Shown piece by piece: positions 16,360-24,060 of a stretch of 35,675 bases of DNA. Source of the DNA: an uncultured Nannocystaceae bacterium (GTDB lineage Bacteria; Myxococcota_A; Polyangia; Nannocystales; Nannocystaceae); NCBI GenBank assembly GCA_964352485.1, contig CAYGTG010000001.1:1-35675 (forward strand), read 5' to 3'. A program made the translations under genes and the position numbers. Under the pieces are notes generated by a model that saw only the letters and a program-made list of their open reading frames with translations, did not search any database and had not been told where the DNA came from. Within the stretch, counting starts at the first letter, position 1, and each line of letters starts with the position of its first letter.

Positions 16360-19285
16360 GACCGAGTCCGAAGATGCGCCACGAGAGTCGGAGTGTCCCT
16401 CCGCAGAGGCGCTTCAGCAGCTCGCGATGGGCGAGCTCGATGCCGACCGAGGGGCGCCGATACGCCGGCATATCGATCGCTGCGTGAGTTGTCAGACCGC
16501 AGTGGCTCAGCTTCTCCTGGGCAGTGAGGGGTCCCCCTCGTTCGCCACCCGCCGAGACTGGATCGGACAGACGATCGAAGGGCGGTACACCATCGTGCGC
16601 TGTGTGGGCATCGGCGCATCCGCAGTCGTCTACCAAGCGGCCGACCAGCGCTTGGAGCGGGACGTGGCGCTGAAGGTGATGCTGGCCCGCCACCCCGTCG
16701 AGGCGGAGACGCTCCGGCGGCGGTTGCTCGCAGAGTCAAAGGCCATGGCCGGACTCCGTCACCCCAACATCGTCACGGTGTTCGACGTCTTTGAGAACGA
16801 GGGGCACACCGTTGTGGTGATGGAGTTGGTCGTGGGGGAGACGTTTCGCGAGTGGATGCGCGACGCGTCCCGGACCACCCCGCAGATCCTCGACGCGTTG
16901 TCTCAAGCCGGACAGGGTCTCGCGCACGCGCATCGCGAAGGCTGGATCCACCGAGACTTCAAGCCAGAGAACATCCTGGTCGGCGCGGACGGCCGGGTTC
17001 TTGTCACGGACTTCGGCCTCGCGAAGCTCGGACCCACGGTCGCGACGATCGAGACCCGTGACTCCGAGCCCGCGTTGTTTCCGACGGACTCCGCACTCCG
17101 TACGCTGAGCGTCGTCGGAACGCCGGCCTACATGGCCCCGGAACAGTGGGCCGGCCGACCCGTCGATGCTCGCGCAGATCTGTTTGCGTTCGGTGTGACG
17201 CTCTACGAGGCTTTGTACGGCAAGAGGCCATTCGAGGCGACGGCGGCCGAAGAGCTCCAGTGGTTGAAGCTCGCAGGTGGGGTTCAGTTCCCCACCCAAA
17301 GCAAGGTTGCGGCGCGCCTGATCCAGCTCATGGAGCATCTGCTCCAACCAGATCCCCAGCAGCGACCGGCAACGATGAATGTGGCCCTCACGGGCCTGAA
17401 CGCGCGGAAGCGGGGGCGCCGGTGGCTTCTCCCTGCGGTCCTCGGCCTGACCACGCTGAGCGTGGTTGCGCTCAGCCCGTGGGGTCCGGTCCCGCAGGAC
17501 GAATGCTCCACGGCCACGAGCCAGGCGCTGTGGGACGCAGAGACTCGCGAAGCGGCCGCAGCGCTGTGGCAGGACGACGGCGGCTGGGTTCTGCTCGATG
17601 CAGCCTTGGCAAGCTACGCCCAGCGATGGACGGATGCATGGGCAAGCGTGTGCGAGGCGGAGTCGGACGCTGACAGCAGCGCGCTGCGACGGGCGTGTCT
17701 CAAAGAGCAGCTCAGTTGGGTCGCTTCGACGGTGGACCTCTTGCTCGAAGAACGGGTGTTGCCACAGCTTGCGATGTCGGCCATCCCAGCGACGAGTGTT
17801 TGCGAAGGACCGGGGATCGTCCCGATTCGACAGGTGCCCACCGACCCGATCCAGGTCGAGGTGCACCGCGAACTCCGAGCGGACCTCTTCGGCTTGTGGG
17901 CACTGGCGCTCGACCGGGAGTGTGGAGAGGCTCTCGAGCGAGCGCCAAGTCTCGTTGCTCGCGCCGACGCAATCGATGCTTCGTGGGTTCTGGCCGAGAT
18001 CCAATTCTTGATCGGCGAATGTTCGATTGTTCTGGGCCGGCTGGACCCCGCCAAGAGCGCGCTCGTCCGGGCCGCGGAGCTCGCGAACAACAGTGGCCAC
18101 GTTGGTGTCGCCACCGAGGCCTGGATGCGAATGGCGACCGTGAGCGTGCTCAACGATGCCGATGCTGATGCCGCGCGGGAGTACGCGGCGTTGGCCCAAG
18201 GAGCGCTCGAGAGCCTCGGCGAGGCTCCCTCTGCCCAGTTGCTTCGGGCAAAGCTGGCGGCAACCCGTTCGTCTATCGCGAGAACAGAACGCGACTTTGA
18301 GGCAGCAGAGCGCCTCGCAATCGAGTCGATCCGCCTCGCCCAGCAGTACGGACCGCTGCAGGTCGCTAGCTTTCGCGAAGACCTGGCCTTGGCATACTCG
18401 GAAACCGGCAGGCCCAAGGAAGCCGTGGCCATCCTCAGAGACGTGGAAGCGCTGTATCGCAAGCACGGCGACGTGGACGTGCTGGCGCTCAACACGGTCC
18501 AGCTCAACCTCGGGGGGACACTCTTTGACCTCGGTCAGCTGGACGAGGCTGAGCGCTACACGCGACTCGCGATCGAATCGGGACTGACGCTCGAAGGTGG
18601 GGAAGGGATGGCATCGGTCGCCCCCCGGCTCAACCTCGTGCAGATCCTGCTCACTGCGCAGAAAACGTCCGAAGCAGCCGACGAACTCACCGCTCTCGAG
18701 GCGGCGTTCGAATCCATGGAGGCCGTCCGGGAGACGGACCGCGTCTCGGCCGCTCAGTTTGGGGTGCAGCTCGCTTGGGGACGCTCCGACTGGGCGGGCT
18801 GCGTCGAGTTGGGACGCTCGACCGTGGAGCTTCCCAGCTTCGAGCGAGCGAGCGCCAGTGGCGTCAACACGACCACTCTGCTCGCGAGCTGCCTCCAGCG
18901 CGTGGGACGTCCCGAGGGAGCGCTCGACGCATCGAGGTCGCTGCTCGAGGCCCTCGAGGGCAGCGCCCTGCCGCCAGCGTTCTTCGTACTCGCCGAACAA
19001 GCAGCGGCCCGCGCCTTGTTGGACCTGGACCGTGCCAGCGAAGCGCAAGCGCTGCTCGAACGCGCGCAGGGCCGGCTGGAGAACGCCGAAGACACCTTTG
19101 CCCTGCTTCCGACCCTCCATGTCGACCTCGCGCGGTCGCTGTGGGCGATTGGGAAGACGAGCGAAGCCCGGCGACTGGCCACCCAGGCTTTCGCCGAGCT
19201 TCAGGCTCAGCCCGACGAGGAGTCGAGCGAGACACTTCGCTCGTGGGCGGGCGAGCGCGGCATCGCGCTTACGGCTATCGACTAG
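16337..19285 (+). CDS. Hanks-type Ser/Thr protein kinase with an N-terminal zinc anti-sigma (ZAS-like) motif, a TM segment and a TPR-like C-terminal region
   Basis: The track start at 16337 is a TTG, and the ATG at 16358 is more likely. It has HIDRCVSCQ (H-x3-C-x2-C). Kinase motifs: VALKVM, HRDFKPENILV, VTDFGLAK, GTPAYMAPEQ. The TM is WLLPAVLGLTTLSVVAL, followed by a long helical repeat tail. Confidence 0.9.
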   Translation: MSAARAPMTESEDAPRESECPSAEALQQLAMGELDADRGAPIRRHIDRCVSCQTAVAQLLLGSEGSPSFATRRDWIGQTIEGRYTIVRCVGIGASAVVYQAADQRLERDVALKVMLARHPVEAETLRRRLLAESKAMAGLRHPNIVTVFDVFENEGHTVVVMELVVGETFREWMRDASRTTPQILDALSQAGQGLAHAHREGWIHRDFKPENILVGADGRVLVTDFGLAKLGPTVATIETRDSEPALFPTDSALRTLSVVGTPAYMAPEQWAGRPVDARADLFAFGVTLYEALYGKRPFEATAAEELQWLKLAGGVQFPTQSKVAARLIQLMEHLLQPDPQQRPATMNVALTGLNARKRGRRWLLPAVLGLTTLSVVALSPWGPVPQDECSTATSQALWDAETREAAAALWQDDGGWVLLDAALASYAQRWTDAWASVCEAESDADSSALRRACLKEQLSWVASTVDLLLEERVLPQLAMSAIPATSVCEGPGIVPIRQVPTDPIQVEVHRELRADLFGLWALALDRECGEALERAPSLVARADAIDASWVLAEIQFLIGECSIVLGRLDPAKSALVRAAELANNSGHVGVATEAWMRMATVSVLNDADADAAREYAALAQGALESLGEAPSAQLLRAKLAATRSSIARTERDFEAAERLAIESIRLAQQYGPLQVASFREDLALAYSETGRPKEAVAILRDVEALYRKHGDVDVLALNTVQLNLGGTLFDLGQLDEAERYTRLAIESGLTLEGGEGMASVAPRLNLVQILLTAQKTSEAADELTALEAAFESMEAVRETDRVSAAQFGVQLAWGRSDWAGCVELGRSTVELPSFERASASGVNTTTLLASCLQRVGRPEGALDASRSLLEALEGSALPPAFFVLAEQAAARALLDLDRASEAQALLERAQGRLENAEDTFALLPTLHVDLARSLWAIGKTSEARRLATQAFAELQAQPDEESSETLRSWAGERGIALTAID

Positions 19286-19650
19286 CCACAGACGAGATCG
19301 GGATCTTCGTCGCACTCGCAGCCGCAATAAAAATCGACGCAATCGCCGCTCAGGTCTTCGGCGCACTCATCGGTCGCGATCTCGATGGCAATGTCGAGCG
19401 ACTCCGCGTCGGAGCAAACCTCCTCCTCGAACTCGATGAAGTCCCCGTCGCACTCGGCTTCGCAGTAGCAATCCCAAAGCGGAACGTCGTCGTCGTCGTT
19501 GTTCTTGTCGTCGTCGCCGCCGTCGTCGTCGTCGTCGTTGTTCTTGTCGTCCTTGTCGCTCTTCTTGTCTCCGTCGTCGTTTCCGTCGTCGCAGGCCGGA
19601 GCGAACACGAGGGAGATCGAAAGCATGAGAATGGAAAGTGGAATCTTCAT
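19282..19650 (-). CDS. Small acidic Cys-rich lipoprotein
   Basis: The ATG at 19650 gives 122 aa. It has a signal peptide plus lipobox (MKIPLSILMLSISLVFAPAC), an Asp/Asn/Lys low-complexity linker and a Cys-rich acidic C-terminus ending in VCG. The rest of the 366-aa track ORF looks non-coding. Confidence 0.65.
   Translation of the reverse strand: MKIPLSILMLSISLVFAPACDDGNDDGDKKSDKDDKNNDDDDDGGDDDKNNDDDDVPLWDCYCEAECDGDFIEFEEEVCSDAESLDIAIEIATDECAEDLSGDCVDFYCGCECDEDPDLVCG
19485..19590. repeat. GTC/GTT triplet-rich low-complexity tract containing a roughly 28-31 nt direct repeat
   Basis: cgtcgtcgtcgtcgttgttcttgtcgtc occurs at 19485-19512 and again, with one extra gtc, at 19521-19551. The tract encodes the DDKNNDDDD linker on the minus strand. 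Confidence 0.85.
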
Positions 19651-19792
19651 GGGCAACTCGTTCGAGCTAGCGGCGCTTGCCGCTTTCACCCTCTCGACAC
19701 CGTCGCTCGCCAGACGTCGCACCCCCGCCCACTCTTTTTTTTGCGGATGCCAGTCTAAACGTCCGCGTTTCCCGCAAGGCCCTGCGAACCAC

Positions 19793-20611
19793 TCAGTCCG
19801 CAACCGTCTGGAACGCGTGCTCGTACTCGATATCCCGATGCGCATTCTCGTCGCTGATGCGGAGCTGCATCGTCCAGCTCCCGGGCCCCGGCACTTCGAG
19901 GGACCCGCGAACGACGCCTCGTGGGACGCCGAGTGCGTCGACATCGAAGGTGGTGTCGAACTCGATCGGCTCGCGAAAGACGTTCTCTCCATCCGCGTCT
20001 CGTAGGATCTTCTCAACCCGGAGGTGGTGAATTCCCAGGAGCGCTTCGATGCCTCCGACAACGAGCTCGTAGTCGACGCGGTTTCCCACCACCGGTGCGT
20101 CCTTCGGCAGGGGTGCGCGGTCGGTATCGACAAGGTGGAAATCGTAGACCTTGAACTCGCGCCACGGTTCCGCCAACACCCCTCGTTCGGCTTCGGTGTA
20201 TCCCTTCCCAGCGAACGCGAATCCGACGAGTCGACCCATCGGGTCGATAAACACGTCGAGTTCGACTCCGCCACCGCGCTCGAACTGCAGCGCGTACTGG
20301 CGTTGACCATCCTCGTCACTCGACCCAGGCTCGCTCCCGCTGCGGGATTCCAGAGGACCGAGCCACTGGACGATGCTCGCAAGGTCTTCGAACTCTGCTC
20401 GGCTGAGATCGTGGGTCAGGGGATCGGACGTATGCGAGGCCAGCGATTCGAAGTCCCCACGTTGCAGCGCGCCCAAGAGCAGCGTCACCGCGTCGTCGAA
20501 GGGATCAGAGTCTTCGACGGCGACAGAGGGTTCAACATAGCTCTGCACTTTGCCGCAGCCAGCGAGAGCAGACACACCAATTACAGCGGCCACGAATACA
20601 CGCGTCATCAT
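19793..20611 (-). CDS. Lipoprotein, function unknown
   Basis: The ATG at 20611 gives 272 aa. Signal peptide plus lipobox: MMTRVFVAAVIGVSALAGCG. GC3-rich codons run throughout, and the upstream 121 codons of the track ORF were rejected. Confidence 0.7.
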   Translation of the reverse strand: MMTRVFVAAVIGVSALAGCGKVQSYVEPSVAVEDSDPFDDAVTLLLGALQRGDFESLASHTSDPLTHDLSRAEFEDLASIVQWLGPLESRSGSEPGSSDEDGQRQYALQFERGGGVELDVFIDPMGRLVGFAFAGKGYTEAERGVLAEPWREFKVYDFHLVDTDRAPLPKDAPVVGNRVDYELVVGGIEALLGIHHLRVEKILRDADGENVFREPIEFDTTFDVDALGVPRGVVRGSLEVPGPGSWTMQLRISDENAHRDIEYEHAFQTVAD

Positions 20612-20797
20612 CAACGGCAGCGTCGCACCGAGTCTCCGCGGCGCCAACCCATGGTTCCAACTGGATCCAACGAAGGCACCAGCCGGTTCCCTACCGAGCA
20701 CACCATCCCTCGTGACGTGCGTGCGATCACGGTTTCGCGCCGCGAAATCGAGCCCACCCGACACAGACCAAGCCTTGAGCGGCGACCCAGCCTCGAT

Positions 20798-21370
20798 ATG
20801 GCCCTTCGATTCCGATGCCTCCTCGCAATCACAATGCTGGCTCCAGCGTGCGACTCCAGCTCCAACGATGACGCCTCGCTCGACGTGCCCAGCTCCAGCG
20901 ACCCCCGCTGCGCGGCCCTGTGCATCGACGAGCCGCCGATGATCGACGGTGCCTACGACGTGTGCTCCGCCCAAAGCACCCGGCTATGCGTCGATCTCTG
21001 CGAGCAGCGCATCGAGGAGACCGACAACATCTGTGCGGAGTGCCTGCTCGAAGACGCCAGGTTCAACAGCCCCTCCGGGGAGGACTTCACTGTCTGTGGA
21101 GACGACGGGATGTGTTACGTGGGCCTGACGTCCTTCTGCGAGGATGGGTGTTGGTTCGACGACTCCGGTGGGTACTGTGATGAAGGCGATTCCTGCGACG
21201 GGGCCGAGGTTCAGTACCAAGAGCAGGTCAACGCAGGCGAGGCGTGCGCATACCCCCAGGGCGACGACGTCGCGCGAGCCGCTTGCCACACGACGTTGCA
21301 TCCTCGCGAAGAGGTGACGTGCGACGTGGAGTTTGACACGGTCACCGCCTGCACCGACGTGTGCGGCTGA
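20798..21370 (+). CDS. Cys-rich acidic lipoprotein
   Basis: The ATG at 20798 gives 190 aa. Signal peptide plus lipobox: MALRFRCLLAITMLAPAC. It has many Cys residues and an acidic composition, and ends in DVCG. Confidence 0.7.
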   Translation: MALRFRCLLAITMLAPACDSSSNDDASLDVPSSSDPRCAALCIDEPPMIDGAYDVCSAQSTRLCVDLCEQRIEETDNICAECLLEDARFNSPSGEDFTVCGDDGMCYVGLTSFCEDGCWFDDSGGYCDEGDSCDGAEVQYQEQVNAGEACAYPQGDDVARAACHTTLHPREEVTCDVEFDTVTACTDVCG

Positions 21371-21427
21371 TTCCAACCGAGGCCTGTTCTCCGCGCTCCG
21401 GCCCCGATACTCTGAAGCCGCTCTCCG

Positions 21428-22201
21428 ATGGTGAAAACCGCCCTTCGAACTCTCGCCGTGCTGGGCTCGCTCTGTGCCGCGTGTCAGGGGGACAGTCTCG
21501 AGGTCGGCGGAGATCAAGTACTCGAGCGCGAGGACGTCGAGGGCTTGCCGCCTGGAGACGCCTCCGGCGACGCTGCATCCGGAGCCTTCATCGTGGGCGC
21601 CCTCGAGCAGCGCTCTTGCCGATGCGATGGCCCGGATGAGTTCGGCCTCTGCGACCTCTCTCTAGGCGCCACGGGAATCTGGCTCGTTCAGGATGATGGG
21701 GCCCTGCAGCTGCAGCTCTTGGACGCCCTCACCGCCCTCGAGGACATCGTGCTCGAGGGCGGAATCGACAGCGACGGTGCGTTCGTCGTGGGAGGCGTCA
21801 ACGAACTCGCTCTCAACGGCGTCCGGTTGACCCAGAGCTTTGACCGGGCCACAGGCGTCGTCCGTCCGAACGATGGCGGCCAGATCGAGTGGGTCCGTCG
21901 CAGTCGCAGCCTGGCAGGTGACGGATCGGACTGCACCATCACCCTCGACATGGAGTTCTCGTGGTGGGATCCCGACGACGTCGGTGCCTGCACGCTCGCG
22001 CTGCAGTGCCATCCGTCGCGGCCCTACTGCTCCAACTTCGTCTGCACCGACGGGTCTCCTGGAACAAGCTGCGGGCTACCGCCCGACTGCGCCTCGGGCA
22101 TCTGCGTCAATGACATCTGCGTGACCGGGGCCGCAGGTTCGATGTGCACCTTCAACAGTGACTGCCTCTCACGGTCGTGCAGCGCGGAAACCTGCGACTG
22201 A
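21428..22201 (+). CDS. Secreted (probable lipo)protein with a C-terminal duplicated Cys-rich motif
   Basis: 257 aa. Signal peptide: MVKTALRTLAVLGSLCAAC. The C-terminus has two similar units, GTSCGLPPDCASGICVNDIC and GSMCTFNSDCLSRSCSAETC. Confidence 0.75.
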   Translation: MVKTALRTLAVLGSLCAACQGDSLEVGGDQVLEREDVEGLPPGDASGDAASGAFIVGALEQRSCRCDGPDEFGLCDLSLGATGIWLVQDDGALQLQLLDALTALEDIVLEGGIDSDGAFVVGGVNELALNGVRLTQSFDRATGVVRPNDGGQIEWVRRSRSLAGDGSDCTITLDMEFSWWDPDDVGACTLALQCHPSRPYCSNFVCTDGSPGTSCGLPPDCASGICVNDICVTGAAGSMCTFNSDCLSRSCSAETCD

Positions 22202-22254
22202 GTCGTCGCTGGGTTGTCACTGCCCATCAGCCGGCAACAGACAGACCGTGCTTT

Positions 22255-22286
22255 GGTCAAATCGGAAAACGTTTTCCGATTTGACC
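22255..22286. repeat. Perfect 32-bp palindrome in an AT-richer intergenic gap
   Basis: ggtcaaatcggaaaac|gttttccgatttgacc is its own reverse complement. It lies 54 nt after the stop at 22201, and no U-tract follows it. Confidence 0.9.
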
Positions 22287-22622
22287 GGGAGGTCGCCCCA
22301 ACATCGGAGTCAACGAGGCGGGCGTTGTTCGGTGCCGCGCGCAGCTCACTGCAGTGCACCCATCTGCAGATACGTCGGCGAGTCGCCCACGTCGACGCGA
22401 ACGATCGGCGCCTGTCCAAGGACAGCTTCCACGACCGTGATGGCTCCACAGCTCAGCTCGCCGACCGGCAGCGGCATCGTGTTGTCGATCTCCTGGCCGC
22501 CAAAGCCCTCCGCGGGTCTGCAGATTTTTTCGCATGCGTCCGGAAAGACCCAAAGTGCGCGGTGTCTTGAACTGTGTGGCGCGGAGGGTTCGGACTGACC
22601 GAATCCGCCACCGGGAGGCGCG

Positions 22623-23336
22623 ATGGGTTGCTCGAACTGCACTCGTTCACAGGAACGAACGATCTCAGGCTGGACACCGCAGTCCGGGGTTTTGACGGGA
22701 GGTTTTGAGCTGGCACAGCGCATCGCTCGCGAGGTGCTCGAGGACGCGACCCGCTACCATCGTCAGTTTGGCTCAGGGTTCGAGTATCGAGGCTCCACAG
22801 GGCGCTTCATCATCACGGCCCAAGCCTACGAGCGGCTCCTCGCGAGGTTCGGGTCGCTCGACTTCAACGCCAACGCGATGCTGCGAGAGGGCGCATTCGC
22901 CTCCTACAACCAAGCCGAAGACCGCCTCAACTTCAGGCCCGAGAACCTCGGGAGGCCATCGGCACGGGCCGCGATGCTCCACGAGCTTGTCCACGCCTAC
23001 CAGGACCTCGAGCACTTCAACGGTCTGCACCTCGAGATCGAAGCGACCGCGTATCTGGCCCAGGCGCTGTGGGTTGCCGCCGATGAGGTGACCCGCCGGT
23101 TTCCCAACAGCACCATCCGGCGCCGGTTGCAGGTCCAGGCCTCCGTACGGGTGCAGTCGTCCAACACGCCAATCTTCATCGAAGCCGCGCGCCTATGCCT
23201 GTCCTTGGGACTCGACCGAGCGCCCCGAATCCTGGGTCGACGTGACCTCGCGCCACTCGAGCGAGCGCTCAGAGACTCCCAGGCGTACCGGGGCGTGGTC
23301 GATGCCCAGTTCCGCGGCAACGGCTTCCGGCAGTAG
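22623..23336 (+). CDS. HExxH-motif hypothetical protein (DUF4157-like zinc-peptidase motif, tentative)
   Basis: 237 aa. It has AAMLHELVHAYQD, preceded by GAFASYNQAEDRLNFRPENLG, which resembles the DUF4157 layout. GC3 is strong from about 22700 onward and weaker over the first 30 codons or so, so the start is uncertain. Confidence 0.6.
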   Translation: MGCSNCTRSQERTISGWTPQSGVLTGGFELAQRIAREVLEDATRYHRQFGSGFEYRGSTGRFIITAQAYERLLARFGSLDFNANAMLREGAFASYNQAEDRLNFRPENLGRPSARAAMLHELVHAYQDLEHFNGLHLEIEATAYLAQALWVAADEVTRRFPNSTIRRRLQVQASVRVQSSNTPIFIEAARLCLSLGLDRAPRILGRRDLAPLERALRDSQAYRGVVDAQFRGNGFRQ

Positions 23337-23368
23337 CCGCTGCGAGTCGCGTCGAGTAGAAGACCTCG

Positions 23369-23962
23369 GTGAGTCAGCCCGACCTCCGCGCCGAGCCCGA
23401 GCATGCCCAGGTGGTCATCGAAGGCCTGCAGTACCCGGGCGCGGTGCTCGAGGGTCTGGAGCTCGATGGCTGCACGATCCGCAGCAGCGTGTTCTCGGGC
23501 GCGAGCCTGCCGGAGGCGCGGTTCGAAGACTGCACGTTCCTCGGCTGCGACTTCAGCAACGCGTCGCTGCCTGGCGCTCGGCTGGTGGGCGTGAAGTTCA
23601 TCGAGTGCAAGCTGGTGGGCGTCGACTTCACCGCCGTGCGCCCCGTCGGCATCGACGTCGAGTTTCGGGCCTCGATTCTGCAGTATGCGTCCTTCTGTGG
23701 GCTCTTCCTCAAGGGCACGCGGTTTCGGGACTGCGACGCGACGTTCGCCTACTTCACCCGCACCGACCTGCGGACCACCGACTTCTCGGGGACCGATCTC
23801 AGCGGCGCGGTCTTCCACGACACCGATCTGCGTGCGGCTCGACTGCACGAGGCCCACGGCGTCGACCTCGATCCAACGCACAACCGGATCGCAAAGGCGA
23901 AGCTGAACGGGGACGCCGCTGTGCAAGCGCTGCGTCGGCTCGGGGCCGTGGTCGAAGACTGA
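23369..23962 (+). CDS. Pentapeptide-repeat protein (Qnr/MfpA-size class)
   Basis: 197 aa with a GTG start. It consists of consecutive A(D/N)LxX-type pentapeptides (SVFSGASLPEARFEDCTFLGCDFSNASLPGARLVGVKFIECKLVGVDFT...FTRTDLRTTDFSGTDLSGAVFHDTDLRAARL). Confidence 0.9.
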   Translation: MSQPDLRAEPEHAQVVIEGLQYPGAVLEGLELDGCTIRSSVFSGASLPEARFEDCTFLGCDFSNASLPGARLVGVKFIECKLVGVDFTAVRPVGIDVEFRASILQYASFCGLFLKGTRFRDCDATFAYFTRTDLRTTDFSGTDLSGAVFHDTDLRAARLHEAHGVDLDPTHNRIAKAKLNGDAAVQALRRLGAVVED

Positions 23963-24060
23963 GACAGCGACCACGACCGAGCGCTCCCGGATCGACTCCC
24001 CCAACGTTCCCGATCTGGGAAGTCGTGCCGCGGGCGCTCGGGTGTCGTTTCGAGTTTGCG

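Noticed and set aside
16736-19366. 876-aa minus-strand ORF
   Set aside because: It is antisense to the kinase/TPR gene, which has all the Hanks motifs. It is Arg-rich shadow translation.
19700-19760. T8/A8 tract with a nearby 5-bp stem as a terminator between the two minus-strand lipoprotein genes
   Set aside because: In the transcribed (minus) sense the hairpin is followed by A residues rather than U, and the stem is only 5 bp. This is not a credible intrinsic terminator.
19651-20382. Upstream part of the 366-aa minus ORF (19282-20382), and the 20024-20797 part of the 448-aa plus ORF
   Set aside because: Only the C-terminal portions, which begin with ATG plus signal peptide plus lipobox, look like real proteins. 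The remainders overlap the 19793-20611 lipoprotein gene in other frames.
22346-22723. 125-aa minus-strand ORF in the AT-richer gap, including a GC3-rich terminal 43-codon segment from the ATG at 22477
   Set aside because: The N-terminal two-thirds are low quality and overlap the start of the HExxH gene. The last 43 codons (MPLPVGELSCGAITVVEAVLGQAPIVRVDVGDSPTYLQMGALQ) do look coding. They are too short and motif-less to call without expression or conservation data.
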